DNA of 64,000 nucleotides. Origin: an uncultured Gemmatimonadales bacterium. Its GTDB lineage: Bacteria > Gemmatimonadota > Gemmatimonadetes > Longimicrobiales > Gaopeijiaceae. Of the stretch, positions 53,671 through 64,000 are shown one piece after another. A program made the position numbers and the translations under genes. The DNA lies in NCBI GenBank assembly GCA_963823035.1, contig CAWGKG010000004.1, forward strand, positions 436,081-500,080, in the 5' to 3' direction. The first letter of the stretch is position 1. The number at the start of each line of letters is the position of its first letter. The notes under the pieces are model-generated. The model made no database searches. It was not told the DNA's origin and worked only from the letters and a program-made list of their open reading frames with translations.

Positions 53671-56600
53671 TCAGTCGTCGCCTCCCGCCCAGCCGACGCC
53701 CACGGGTGCGGCCGCGTGCGCGGGCCTCCGCGCGAAACGGCGGCCCGCCCACTTCTGGAGCTGGTCGAGGTAGGTGTACACGACCGGCGTGACGTAGAGC
53801 GTCACGAGCTGCGAGAAGGCCAGCCCGCCCACCACCGCGATGCCCAGCGGACGCCGTGACTCGGAGCCCGCACCCGTGCCGAGCGCGATCGGGATCGTCG
53901 CCATGAGCGCCGCCATCGTGGTCATCATGATGGGGCGGAAGCGGATGCTGCACGCCTGCAGGATCGCGTCGGTGGGGCTGCGCCCCTCGTTGCGCTCGGC
54001 GTCGAGGGCGAAGTCGATCATCATGATCGCGTTCTTCTTCACCAGCCCGACGAGCATGATCACGCCCACGAACGAGTAGACGCTCAGCTCGGTGCCGGTG
54101 ACCCAGAGGGTGAGGAGCGCGCCGAACGCCGCGAAGGGGATCCCGGAGAGGATCGTGATCGGGTGGATGAAGCTCTCGTACAGGATGCCGAGCACGACGT
54201 AGATCACGAAAATCGCCATCGCGAGCAGGAGCAGCAGTCCCTTCTGCGTGTCCTGGAAGGCCTGTGCCGTCCCGGAGAAGTTCGTCGTCACCGCGGACGG
54301 GAGCACCTCGCCCGCCGCGCTCTGCACGGCGCGAACCGCGTCACCGAGCGCGACCTCCGGCGCCAGGTTGAAGGAGAGCGTGACGGAGGGCACCTGCCCG
54401 GAGTGGTTGACGGCCACGGGCCCGATCCCGCGGGTCAGCCGCGCCACGGAGCTCATCGGCACGAGCGTGCCGCTCTGGGCGCGGACGTAGAGCTGATTGA
54501 GCGCGGAGATGTCCTTCTGGTATTCCGGGAGCAGCTCCATGATCACCCAGTACTCGTCGTCCTGGGTGTAGATCGTGGACACCTGGCGCGAGCCGTAGGC
54601 GTTGTAGAGCGCGTTCTCGATCTGCTGCGCGCTCACGCCGAGCGACGCGGCGCGCTCCCGGTCGATGTCCACGTTCACCTGCGGGTTGCCGATCTTGAGG
54701 TCCGAGCTGACGTCCACCAGCTGCGGCAGCGTGGCCAGACGGGCCTGCAGCTCGCGTGACGCGAGGTACAGCGTGTCGATGTTGGCGCTCTGCAGCGTGA
54801 ACTGATACTCGCTCTGCGCGAACCGCCCGCCGATGCGGATGGCCGGGGGGTTCTGCAGGAAGACGCGCAGCCCCGTGACGTGGCCGAACTTCGCGGACAA
54901 CTCGCGGATGACCTGGTCCACCGGGAGGCGCTCGTCCCGCGGCTTCAGGTGCAGGCTGATGCGGCCCGTGTTGCCGCCGCCCCCGAAGCCACCTCCGACG
55001 AACGACATGAACGCGCCGACGTTCGGGTCCTGGAGGAGGATGTCCGCCACCTCGCGCTGATGCGCCACCATCACGTCGTACGCGATCCCCTCGGCGCCTT
55101 CCGTCGTGCCCTGGATGCTCCCCGTGTCCTCGGCCGGCAGGAAGCCCTTGGGCACGATGACGAAAAGCGCCACGGTCGCGACCACGATGCCGAGGGAGAA
55201 CGCCATCGCCGCTCGCCGCCGTCCCATGACCCACGCGAGGCTCCGCTCGTAGGCGCCGAGCACGCGCGCGTACACCCGCTCCGACCACTCGTACACCCGG
55301 CCGTGGTGGGCCTCCTTGCTCGGGCGCAGGAAGCGGCTGCCCAGCATCGGGGTGAGCGTAAGCGACACGAAGCCGGACACGAGGATCGCCACGCCGATCG
55401 TGACCGCGAACTCGTGGAAGAGGCGGCCCAGGATCCCACCCATGAAGAGGATCGGGATGAAGACCGCGGTGAGCGACACCGTCATCGACAGGATCGTGAA
55501 GCCGATCTCCCTGGAGCCGTCGAAGGCGGCCTGCATCGGCGGCTTACCCATCTCCATGTGCCGAACGATGTTCTCGAGCATGACGATGGCGTCGTCGACC
55601 ACGAAGCCCACGCACAGCGTGAGCGCCATCAGGGAGAGGTTGTCCAGGCTGTACCCCATGAGGTACATGACCGAGAACGTCCCGACGATCGACATCGGGA
55701 GCGCGAGGCTCGGAATGACGGTAGCGGACAGGTTCCTCAGGAAGAGGAAGATGACCATCACCACGAGCACCAGCGTGAGCAGGAGCGTGAACTTCACGTC
55801 CGACACCGACGCCTGGATGGACTCCGAGCGGTCGTGCAGGATCTCGATGTTCACGCCGGCGGGGATCTGCGTGCGCAGCTTCTCGACCTCGGCGCGTACC
55901 CCGCGCGCCACGGCGACCGTGTTCGTGCCGGGCTGGCGCTGGATGGCCAGGATGATCGAGGGCTTGCCGTTGTACCAGGAGGCGTTGCGGTTGTTCTGGA
56001 CGTCGTCGAGCACCTTGCCCAGGTCGCCCAGGTGGACGGCCGCGCCGTTGCGGTACGTCACGGCGAGCCTGCGGAACGCGGCCGCGTCGTGGAGCTGGCC
56101 GCTCGCCTGCACCGTGTAGGCGCGGTCCGGGCCCCAGAGCACCCCGGAGGGGAGGTTGACGTTGCCGGAGCCGATGGCGGCCGCCACCTCGTCGATGCCG
56201 ATGCCGCGCTGCGCCATCGAGCCCGGGTCGAGCTGGACGCGCACGGCGTATTTCTGCGCGCCGAACACCGAGACCTCGGCCACGCCATCCACCGTCGAGA
56301 TGTGCTGCGCGAGCACGGTCTCGGCGTAGTGGTCCAGCTCCGAGAGGGGCATCGACTCGGTGGTGAGCGCGTAGTAGAGGATCGGCGAGGCCGCCGGGTT
56401 CGACTTGCGGATCGAGGGCGCGCGGATGTCCTGCGGGAGCTGGCGCATCGCGGCGCTGACCGCGGACTGCACGTCCTGCGCGGCCGCGTCGATGTTGCGG
56501 CTGAGCGTGAACTGGAGGGTCACGTTCGTCGAGCCCAGCGAGCTCGTCGACGTCATGTTGTCGAGCCCCGGGATCGTCGCGAACTGACGCTCGAGCGGCG

Positions 56601-56793
56601 TGGCCACCGCCGCGGCCATCGTCTCGGGGTTGGCTCCCGGGAGCGACGCCGACACGGAGAGGGTGGGGTAGTCCACGGTCGGCAGATCGCTCACCGGAAG
56701 GAGCCGGTACGAGACGACGCCGAAGGTGAGGATGGCGATCATGACCAGGGTGGTCATGACCGGCCTGCGGATGAAGATCCCCGAGATGTTCAC
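53671..56793 (-). CDS. RND efflux permease (MdtB/MdtC-like)
   Basis: FIRRPV, PGANPETMAAAVATPLE, GFVVDDAIVMLENI, GLVKKNAIMMIDFA, RFRPIMMTT. Confidence 0.96.
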   Translation of the reverse strand: MNISGIFIRRPVMTTLVMIAILTFGVVSYRLLPVSDLPTVDYPTLSVSASLPGANPETMAAAVATPLERQFATIPGLDNMTSTSSLGSTNVTLQFTLSRNIDAAAQDVQSAVSAAMRQLPQDIRAPSIRKSNPAASPILYYALTTESMPLSELDHYAETVLAQHISTVDGVAEVSVFGAQKYAVRVQLDPGSMAQRGIGIDEVAAAIGSGNVNLPSGVLWGPDRAYTVQASGQLHDAAAFRRLAVTYRNGAAVHLGDLGKVLDDVQNNRNASWYNGKPSIILAIQRQPGTNTVAVARGVRAEVEKLRTQIPAGVNIEILHDRSESIQASVSDVKFTLLLTLVLVVMVIFLFLRNLSATVIPSLALPMSIVGTFSVMYLMGYSLDNLSLMALTLCVGFVVDDAIVMLENIVRHMEMGKPPMQAAFDGSREIGFTILSMTVSLTAVFIPILFMGGILGRLFHEFAVTIGVAILVSGFVSLTLTPMLGSRFLRPSKEAHHGRVYEWSERVYARVLGAYERSLAWVMGRRRAAMAFSLGIVVATVALFVIVPKGFLPAEDTGSIQGTTEGAEGIAYDVMVAHQREVADILLQDPNVGAFMSFVGGGFGGGGNTGRISLHLKPRDERLPVDQVIRELSAKFGHVTGLRVFLQNPPAIRIGGRFAQSEYQFTLQSANIDTLYLASRELQARLATLPQLVDVSSDLKIGNPQVNVDIDRERAASLGVSAQQIENALYNAYGSRQVSTIYTQDDEYWVIMELLPEYQKDISALNQLYVRAQSGTLVPMSSVARLTRGIGPVAVNHSGQVPSVTLSFNLAPEVALGDAVRAVQSAAGEVLPSAVTTNFSGTAQAFQDTQKGLLLLLAMAIFVIYVVLGILYESFIHPITILSGIPFAAFGALLTLWVTGTELSVYSFVGVIMLVGLVKKNAIMMIDFALDAERNEGRSPTDAILQACSIRFRPIMMTTMAALMATIPIALGTGAGSESRRPLGIAVVGGLAFSQLVTLYVTPVVYTYLDQLQKWAGRRFARRPAHAAAPVGVGWAGGDD

Positions 56794-57977
56794 GGCTGTC
56801 CTCCCGGTACGGAATCGCGCGCGGCGCCTCCCTGGCCCGCCGCCGAGCGCCCGGCCGGGTCGTCCCCGCCGGCTCCCTTGATCTGCACGATGGTGCCCTC
56901 GGCGAGCCGTGACTGCCCGTCCGTGACCACCCGCTCACCGGCCTCCAGCCCGGAGTCCACGATCACCTGGTCGCCGAGCGTGCGCCCCAGCACCACCTTG
57001 CGGCGATGCGCCGAGCCGTCGTCCGCGACCACGAACACGAAGCTCCCGTCCTGCTCCGCGACCGGAGCGGCCTGGGGCACGAGGAGCGCGTTCGCCTGCA
57101 CGTACACCTGCAGGCGCACCGACACGTACTCGCCCGGCCAGAGTGCCCGGTCCCGGTTGTCGAAGCGGGCCTTGAGCAGGACGGTTCCCGTCTGCGGATC
57201 GACCGCGTTGTCGACGAACGTCAGCGTGCCGGTCTCCTCCATCCCTCCCGATCCCTCCTCGCCCTCGGCCGGCGTCACCGTCGCCTGCAGCGGCTCGTCC
57301 GAGCCGTACTTCTGCACGAGCGGCAGGACGCGCCCGGGAATCGGGAAGCGCACCATGATCGGCCGGATCTGGTTGATGACCACGAGCGGTGACGTGTTGG
57401 GCTTCACCAGGTTGCCCTGGCGCACCAGCACCGCGCCCGTGCGCCCCGAGATGGGCGCGGGGATCACCGTGTAGGAGAGGTTGAGCCGGGCGTTCTCGAC
57501 CGCCGCGCTGTCGGCCTTGACGTTCGCGGCCTGCGCGCGGGCCGTGGCTTCGGCCTGGTCGGCCTGCGACCGCGTCACGTAGTCCAGCTCCACGAGCTTC
57601 TGGTACCGCTCGGCGTCGCGCAGGCTGTTGATGGCCTGCGCCTCGTCGCGCGCGAGGTTGGCTTCGGCCTGGCGGAGCGCGGCCTGGAAGGGGCGGGGGT
57701 CGATGTGGAAGAGCGGCTGGCCCTTCGTCACCTCCTGCCCCTCGGTGAAGTCGACGGAGAGAAGGACGCCGCCCACCTGCGATTCCATCTGCACGGTCTG
57801 CAGGGGCTCCACGGTGCCGTCCGCGACGACGACGTAGGGCGCGGGCGCGAGGGTCGCCGTCGCGACCGTGACCGGCACGTCCGGACGCGGGGGTCGGCCA
57901 CCGGCGTCCCCGCAGGCCACGAGGCAGGGAAGGAGGATCGCGGGGGCGGAGACGACGAGGCGGGGAGGGAAGCGCAT
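56790..57977 (-). CDS. RND membrane-fusion protein (MdtA-like)
   Basis: Lipobox LVAC; GTVEP, IDPRPFQAAL, APISGRTG, DNAVDPQTGT, LWPGEYV, VVTDGQ. Confidence 0.93.
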   Translation of the reverse strand: MRFPPRLVVSAPAILLPCLVACGDAGGRPPRPDVPVTVATATLAPAPYVVVADGTVEPLQTVQMESQVGGVLLSVDFTEGQEVTKGQPLFHIDPRPFQAALRQAEANLARDEAQAINSLRDAERYQKLVELDYVTRSQADQAEATARAQAANVKADSAAVENARLNLSYTVIPAPISGRTGAVLVRQGNLVKPNTSPLVVINQIRPIMVRFPIPGRVLPLVQKYGSDEPLQATVTPAEGEEGSGGMEETGTLTFVDNAVDPQTGTVLLKARFDNRDRALWPGEYVSVRLQVYVQANALLVPQAAPVAEQDGSFVFVVADDGSAHRRKVVLGRTLGDQVIVDSGLEAGERVVTDGQSRLAEGTIVQIKGAGGDDPAGRSAAGQGGAARDSVPGGQP

Positions 57978-57991
57978 GGGTCGGGGTTTCT

Positions 57992-59477
57992 CTAGCGGAG
58001 CGGATTGGAGTCCGAGGCGACCGGGATGGGCGCGGAGCCGTCGACGCCCAGCACCCCGCCGTCGTGCGCGAGCCGAGCGAGGGCGAGCAGCCAGCTCCAG
58101 CGGGCCTGGCTCTGCTGGGCGCGCGCGTCGGCGAGGGCGTTCTGTGCCGTGAGGAGGTCGAGGATGGTTCCGACGCCCTCGCGGTAGCGTCCAAGCGCGA
58201 CCTCCTCCGACTGCTGGGCGCTGGCCAGGAGGTCGTCCGAGGTGTGGACGCGCTGCGTGGCGGTCTGCAGGGCGTAGTACGAGGTGAACACCTGCTGGAT
58301 GACTTGCTGTCGCAGGCTGTTGGCCTGCGCTCGAGCCGCGTCCGCGCGGTCGGCCGCGCCCTGGTTCGCGTAGCTCTGCGACAGGCCCGTGAAGAGCGGG
58401 ATGGAGAGCCCGAGCGAGAAGGTGTAGCTCCCGCCGCTGAACTGGGACACGTCCGAGTAGACGCGCCCGCCGTTGCCGTTGAGCATGAGGCTCGGCCTCC
58501 CCTGGCCGCGCGTGGCGCGCGCCGAGGCGTACGCCTGACGGGCACGAGCGTCCGCGGCCGCCAGGTCCGGCCGGCTCCGCACCGCCTGGACGATGAGCGA
58601 GTCCACGCTCTCCGAGACCGCTCCGACCGGCGTCTCCACGGGCGGCGGCTGCAGTTGGAAGGGAGTGTTCGCCGGCACGCCCATCGCGACCGCCATGGAG
58701 GCACGCGCCGCCTGCAGGATCCCGCTCGGTCGACTCGGCCGCCAGCCGCGCCTGCGACGCGGCCGTGCGCGCCTGGAGGACGTCCGCGATCGTGGCGAGC
58801 CCGACGTCGTGGCGGTGCTCCGCCGCCTCGAGGTTCGCCTCGGCCTCCCGGACCGAAGCCTGCTGCACCTCGAGGAGCGCCTGGGTGGCCATGTAGCCGA
58901 AGTACGCCTCCTCGGCCTGGAGCACCACGCCCTGGATGACCGCGTCGTGCGTGAACCCCGCCGCGTACGCCGCCTCGCGGGTCGCGTCGCGCGCGCCCGC
59001 GCGCCCCCCCATGTCCAGCACCATCCAGGAGAGGTTCAAGGTGGGGGAGACCTGGTTCCTGCGGCCGCCGAATCGCACCGACGTCGCCACCTGCTTCGAG
59101 GAGAGCGCCGTCGCGCCGGCGGTGATGGTGGGGAGGAGCCGCCCGCGCTGCTCGCCGTACGCGTCGGAGGCCGCGCGCACCTGGAGCCAGGAGACGTGGG
59201 TCGTCGGGTTGTTGCGTAGCGCCAGGTCGACCACCTGGGGGAGCGTGAGGCCGCGCGCGGCCTCCGCCAGCTCCGCGGGGAGCACCCGACCGGTCGCGGC
59301 CTCGGCCATCGCGGGCGCCTCGACGCGCGGGAGGGCCTCCGCGGGAGGGATCCAGAGGTCGTGCGGGGAAGGCGGCGCGCCCGCCGCTCCGCCCACGCTG
59401 GGCGGACCGTGCACGCAGGCGGTCACCAGCACCGTCGCGGTCATCGTCGCCAACCACGTACCGCGGGCGCCGCGCAT
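57992..59477 (-). CDS. TolC-family outer-membrane lipoprotein (frameshift ~58720)
   Basis: Lipobox VTAC; LTLPQVVDLALRNNP, GLATIADVLQA, RPDLAAA, RYREGVGTILDLLTAQ. Confidence 0.9.
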
Positions 59478-59659
59478 GCGACGCCTCTCGGTCACCTTCC
59501 CGCGCATCGGGTTCCTCCCGCAAGGGAACCGGGCGACGATCGGGGCTCGATCGGCCGTCCGCATCGTGTCGATGGACCGGCCCTTACACACCCGAGGCCG
59601 TCGGAATGTTGCCGCGCGCAGAGGCGTGCGACGCCCGAAGTCCGGGCGTCGTCCGCAGC

Positions 59660-60799
59660 CTACCTCGGGATCGGCGTGCACTCCCGCAGAATACGCTCCC
59701 TTCGACCGGCGTCGCCGATCCGCTCGAAGAACGCCTCGAGGTACTGGACGGCCTTCTCTCGCCGGTCCGGCTCCACCAGGTCGAAGTCGCGCCACAGGGC
59801 CAGCATCTCGTCGCGGTGGTCCACGAACCGCTGGAAGACCGAGTCGAAGTCGACGTCGTCGTGGCAGAAGCCCTGATAGCGGCGCTCGCGCACGGTGCGG
59901 ATCCCGAGACTCGGGTCGGGGCGGGCGTAGCGGGTGTTCACGATCCCCGACCAGTCGAAGTCGTACGACACCGGGACGACCGACCCGTCCATCTCCCGGA
60001 TGATCTCGACGTTGTGCCGGAACACCGCCGACCAGTCGGTCATGCCGATCATGTAGCTGAAGACGGCGCCGAGCGCGGCCTTCGAGGGATCCATCATCGC
60101 CGGGTGCACCTGAGGCGCCTCGAGCGGCACGCCCTCGTTGCGCGCCGCCATCTGGTCCTTGTGCTCGAGGAGGAAGGCCCAACTCGTGAAGGACGCCTCG
60201 GGATCGTCGGTGTCCTGGTAGTGGACGCGCGCCAAGCGTGCGCGGAAGCTCTCGTCCGTGAGGAGGTTGTACGTCGGGTAGATGAGGTACTCCTGGAGGA
60301 TGTACTGCTCGTAGTCGTTCTTGCCCGGCTTGCAGGTGACGTACAGCTTCAACCGATTCTGTCCCTCCAGGACCGTGCCCTCCAGCTCGGGCTGGTCCTT
60401 GTCGAGGTCGACCCAGAGCGGGGGGAAGTCGCAGTTGTGGCGATCCCTGCGCCAGTTTCCCCGCGTTTCGAGCTTCGTTTCCAGCGTGACGTCACGGCCG
60501 TCCGCGCCGTGGAGCGTGAGCGCGCCCTCGCGCTCGTGCGCCTCGTCCCCACGGTCCTCCTTCAGGATCGTGGTGAAAGGGCCGGCGAGGGTCAGCTCGA
60601 GGGGATCCGTGGCTGCGAAGAGGGGCTGGGTGCGGGCCCGCGCGACGTCCTCGGGGGCGACCTTCCACGGATCCGTCTGCGCTTCGGGGTCCTGTGCCAG
60701 CACGAGCGTAGGCGCCCACAGCAGAAAGAGGACGGCCGCCGCGCCCGCGAAGGGGCGACGGCGGCCGTCGGCGGCGTATCGGGCATGCGTCGGGTGCAT
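59660..60799 (-). CDS. Secreted hypothetical protein, possible CotH/atypical kinase-like fold
   Basis: Signal peptide; RGNWRR..CDFPPL, LKLYVTC, EYLIY, FSYMIGMTDWS..HNV, PVSYDFDWSG. Confidence 0.7.
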   Translation of the reverse strand: MHPTHARYAADGRRRPFAGAAAVLFLLWAPTLVLAQDPEAQTDPWKVAPEDVARARTQPLFAATDPLELTLAGPFTTILKEDRGDEAHEREGALTLHGADGRDVTLETKLETRGNWRRDRHNCDFPPLWVDLDKDQPELEGTVLEGQNRLKLYVTCKPGKNDYEQYILQEYLIYPTYNLLTDESFRARLARVHYQDTDDPEASFTSWAFLLEHKDQMAARNEGVPLEAPQVHPAMMDPSKAALGAVFSYMIGMTDWSAVFRHNVEIIREMDGSVVPVSYDFDWSGIVNTRYARPDPSLGIRTVRERRYQGFCHDDVDFDSVFQRFVDHRDEMLALWRDFDLVEPDRREKAVQYLEAFFERIGDAGRRERILRECTPIPR

Positions 60800-60899
60800 T
60801 GCGCCTCCTCACGGCGGAATCCGCCGAGAAGGTAGGCGCGGCCCCCGTGGCTCGGCCAGCGTGCCGGTCCTGGAGTGTGCCCCGGGGGCAGGCCTGAGC

Positions 60900-61882
60900 C
60901 TACGGCGTGCGCTCCCCGTAGCCCAGCAGCACGTTGGTGGTGCCGTCCCCGCGATGCGCGGCCACGAAGACCATGCGGCCGCTGTCCTCGTCGCGGGCCC
61001 ACAGGGAGCCCTCGTCCAGGTTGGTGTCGCTGCGGCGGTGCTCGGCGTCCATCCGGTAGCCGTCGGCCTCGAGGCGGTCCTTGTAGAAGGAGAGGATCTC
61101 CTCGATCGACGCGTCGCCCTCCCAGGCTACGGCGCCCAGCGCTCCCTCCGTCCCGTCGAGCGAATAGACCGGCCGGGGGGCTCGGGGAAGCCGTCCATCA
61201 GCGGCACCCAGGAGGGCATGCGTTGCGCGCTCTCGCCGAAGCCGAGCCGCAGCGTCTCGCCGTCGTCCGTGCGGACCTCGAGGCGCCCGCCGTCCTCGCC
61301 GCGGGTCAGGTCGAAGCGGACGCCGCCGTCGTCGGAGTCGATCGTCAGGAATCCGCCATCGTCCGTGCGCACCAGGTCGATGCGCGCGTTGCCGTCCGGG
61401 GACTCGATCGAAAGCGTGCCGCCCGCGTCGGTGCGCCGGAGACGCAGGCTCACCCGTCCCTCATCGGTGCCGAACACGAGCGACGCTCCGTCCGACTGCG
61501 AGGAGGCATCGACCTGCGAGGTGTGCTCACCACGCGCGTCCACGAGGGCCTTCACGAAGGCCTCGGACGGGTCGGCCGACGACAGCCCCCGCAGGAAGCG
61601 GATGCCTTCCACGGGTTGCACCTCGAGCAGGGCCTCGTGCGCCTGGAGCCGTTCCACCAGCCGTGCGGCGGCCGCCTCGGGTCGCGCCTCGGGAGCAGAG
61701 CGGGCCGCCCGCTCCGGGGCACGGTCGAGTCGGTGCATCCCGTGCCGTGCCCTGGCGTTGGCGAGCATCGCCCCGCCGACGCCGAGCACAAGGAAGAGTC
61801 CGACCGCGGCGAAGAGCCAGGCGAGAGGTGAGCGCCCCCCGCGTCCGCTTCCGTTGACGGCTCTCTCGTATTCGCGGTGCAT
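60900..61882 (-). CDS. Single-pass membrane hypothetical protein (frameshift ~61175)
   Basis: TM LAWLFAAVGLFLVLGVGG; repeated beta-hairpins (DGGxLxIxSxDG); MPSWVP. Rebuilt end ..ILSFYKDRLEADGY..LLGYGERTP*. Confidence 0.7.
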
Positions 61883-61942
61883 CGGGATCTCCGGTTGGGT
61901 TGTCGGCCGACGTCCGGGCGCGCGCCGGGCTACGAGACTCCC

Positions 61943-62023
61943 TACGAACGCGTCTCGTGAAGGATTCAACGGGGGCCTCCCGCGGCCCCGGTTGAAACCC
62001 GGCACGCAGGGCTCGCCGTACTG
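61943..62023. promoter_or_regulatory. Back-to-back ECF-like promoter candidates
   Basis: Minus strand TGAATC-N16-CGTA; plus strand TGAAAC-N18-CGTACTG. Their -35 ends form an inverted repeat at 61965-61996. Confidence 0.5.
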
Positions 62024-62099
62024 ACTATGTAGAAAACTGCACACGCTGGCCCGTACCGCCCGCGGACCCGGTATCCGGGGTGGAGGGAACGGAGGATGG

Positions 62100-64000
62100 A
62101 TGGGCTCCATCCTGACGGTGCTCGCGCGCCTCTGGGTGCGACTCGTCTCCGTGCTCGTGCCCGGACGCGAGCGGGGCGAGTGGGTGGAGGAGTGGACGGC
62201 CGAGCTCGCGGCGACCGGCTCGCGGGCGAAGCACGCGTGGGGGGCCCTCCCCGACGCCTGGACCCTGAGAACGGATGGGTGGACGGTGGACCGGATGCTG
62301 AGGGACGTCGGGACCGCGGTGCGGGGGTTGGCGCGCCGGCCCTTCTTCACAGCGCTCGCGGGGATCACCCTCGCCATCGGGATCGGCGCCAACACGGCCA
62401 TCTACAGCGTGGTCGACGCGGTGCTCCTGAACCCGCTCCCGTACCCGGAGAGCGACCGGATCGTGTCGGCCAACCACACCGCGCCGGGGCTCAACCTCCC
62501 GGTGGTGCCGCACTCGGAGGCGATGTACATGACGTACCTGGAGGGATTCCGAACGCTGGAGTCCTTCGGGGTCTTCGACGAGGACAACGTGAACCTCGTC
62601 ACGGACGCCGACCCGCAGCGCATCGCCGCCGCGCGTGTGACCCAGGAGTTCTTCGACGTGATGGGCGTCCAGCCCACGCTCGGGCGCGCCTTCGCGGAGG
62701 GAGAGGACCGGCCGGGCTCCGAGGCCGTGGCGATCCTCGGCTACGGACTCTGGCGGCAGAGCTTCGGCGCTGACCCGAGCGTCGTCGGCCGGCTCGTGGA
62801 GATGGACGGCGTGCAACGCCGCGTGATCGGCGTCATGCCCGAAGGCTTCCACTTCCCCGGCGACGAGGTGGAGCTGTGGACGCCCATGGTCATCGACGCC
62901 AGCAAGCCCGACCTCGGGTCGCTGAGCTACCTGGGCGTCGGGAGGCTCGCGCCCGGCCAGACCCTGGCAGCGGCGCAGGCCGAGATGCAGGACCTGCTCT
63001 ACCGCTTCGCCGACGCCAACCCCGGCGAGCTCTCGCGCGGCCTCATGGAGCAGGCGGGCCTCGTGCCGGACGTGAAGCCGCTCAAGGACCTCTACGTCAC
63101 CGACGTGAAGCAGGCCCTCTGGGTCCTGCTCGGGACGGTGGGCTTCGTCCTCCTGATCGCGTGCGCGAACGTCGCGAACCTCTTCCTCGTCCGCGCGGAG
63201 GCGCGCCAGCGTGAGCAGGCGTTGCGCTCCGCCCTGGGTGCGAGCCGGGGCGACCTGGTCCGGCAGTACCTGGCCGAGAGCGTGACGCTGTCCGTGGGCG
63301 GCGGGCTCCTCGGTCTCGGGCTCGCCGCCCTCGGCGTGCGCGCGCTCGTCGCCATGGCCCCCGTGTCGGTGCCGCGCCTCTCGGAGATCGGCATCGACGG
63401 AAGCGTCCTCGCCTTCACGGCGGCGATCTCCTTGGCCGCCGGCCTCCTCTTCGGGTTGTTCCCGACGTTCGCCTACGCGCGCAGGGACCTGTCGGGCGCG
63501 CTCAAGGAAGGGGGGCGAGCCTCGACCTCCGGACGGGAGCGTCACCGGGCACGAAGCGCCCTGGTGGTCGCGCAGGTTGCGCTCGCGCTCGTGCTGCTTG
63601 TCGCCTCCGGACTGATGGCGCGCAGCTTCGCGGCCCTGCGCCACGTGGATCCCGGGTTCGCGGCGGCCGACCGCCTCACCTTCCGGCTTTCGCTTCCCTC
63701 GGCCGAGTACCCGGACGTGGCGACGCTACGCGTGTTCTACCGACAGCTCGTAGACCGTATGGCCGCGATCCCCGGCGTTCGGGACGTGGCGCTCACCACC
63801 GCCGTGCCGCTCGAGGCCGACTACAAGAACGCGAGCCCCATGGAGGCCGAGGACAAGCCGACCCCCGAGGGGGACCTCGCCCACCTCGTGAACGTGCGCA
63901 ACGTGAGCCCGGACTACTTCGGGACCCTGGACATCCCCTTGGTCGAGGGGCACGCGCTGACGTGGGACGACGCGGCCGACGGCGTGCGCTCGGTCGTGGT
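62100..64000 (+). CDS. ADOP-family ABC permease (partial, runs off the window)
   Basis: Read by hand: MGSILTVLARLWVRLVSVLVPGRERGEWVEEW prefix; LAIGIGANTAIYSVVDAVLLNPLPY, LLIACANVANL, ALVVAQVALALVLL. Not in the ORF track because it has no stop in the window. Confidence 0.93.
   Translation, partial: MGSILTVLARLWVRLVSVLVPGRERGEWVEEWTAELAATGSRAKHAWGALPDAWTLRTDGWTVDRMLRDVGTAVRGLARRPFFTALAGITLAIGIGANTAIYSVVDAVLLNPLPYPESDRIVSANHTAPGLNLPVVPHSEAMYMTYLEGFRTLESFGVFDEDNVNLVTDADPQRIAAARVTQEFFDVMGVQPTLGRAFAEGEDRPGSEAVAILGYGLWRQSFGADPSVVGRLVEMDGVQRRVIGVMPEGFHFPGDEVELWTPMVIDASKPDLGSLSYLGVGRLAPGQTLAAAQAEMQDLLYRFADANPGELSRGLMEQAGLVPDVKPLKDLYVTDVKQALWVLLGTVGFVLLIACANVANLFLVRAEARQREQALRSALGASRGDLVRQYLAESVTLSVGGGLLGLGLAALGVRALVAMAPVSVPRLSEIGIDGSVLAFTAAISLAAGLLFGLFPTFAYARRDLSGALKEGGRASTSGRERHRARSALVVAQVALALVLLVASGLMARSFAALRHVDPGFAAADRLTFRLSLPSAEYPDVATLRVFYRQLVDRMAAIPGVRDVALTTAVPLEADYKNASPMEAEDKPTPEGDLAHLVNVRNVSPDYFGTLDIPLVEGHALTWDDAADGVRSVV

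Noticed and set aside
56790..60182. 1130-aa TolC-MFP fusion ORF
   Set aside because: Caused by an indel at ~58720. The TolC C-half and its stop (57992) lie in another frame, and the intervening translation is not protein-like.

Overview
A very GC-rich (roughly 70%+ by eye) chromosomal segment from a diderm bacterium. The PadR/ADOP permease pairs, TolC/RND system and secreted beta-propellers suggest Gemmatimonadota or a similar lineage (inference). About half of the genes, including core heme genes, are broken by single-base indels. This most likely reflects long-read consensus error, so many genes below were rebuilt by hand across frames and their boundaries are approximate. Content in order: end of an ADOP permease; membrane-anchored TIR protein; AhbD/NirJ-like radical SAM enzyme; ECF sigma and zinc-finger anti-sigma converging on a secreted, membrane-anchored TPR-CHAT protease; heme operon hemB-A-C-D-L-E-H-Y with no hemN/F/Q; PadR-ADOP; a peptide-scavenging operon (DUF3311, SSS transporter, secreted cyanophycinase, DUF1684, tricorn-like S41); DUF4212/ActP-like SSS; several hydrolases; tyrS; acyl-CoA oxidase; purEK; PadR-ADOP; TolC-MFP-RND; and a final ADOP. 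I found no rRNA, tRNA, CRISPR array, integrase or transposase. The best candidate for an undescribed system is the sigma/anti-sigma/extracytoplasmic CHAT module. The second is a ChdC-less coproporphyrin-dependent heme route, whose radical SAM gene shares a promoter motif with hemB.
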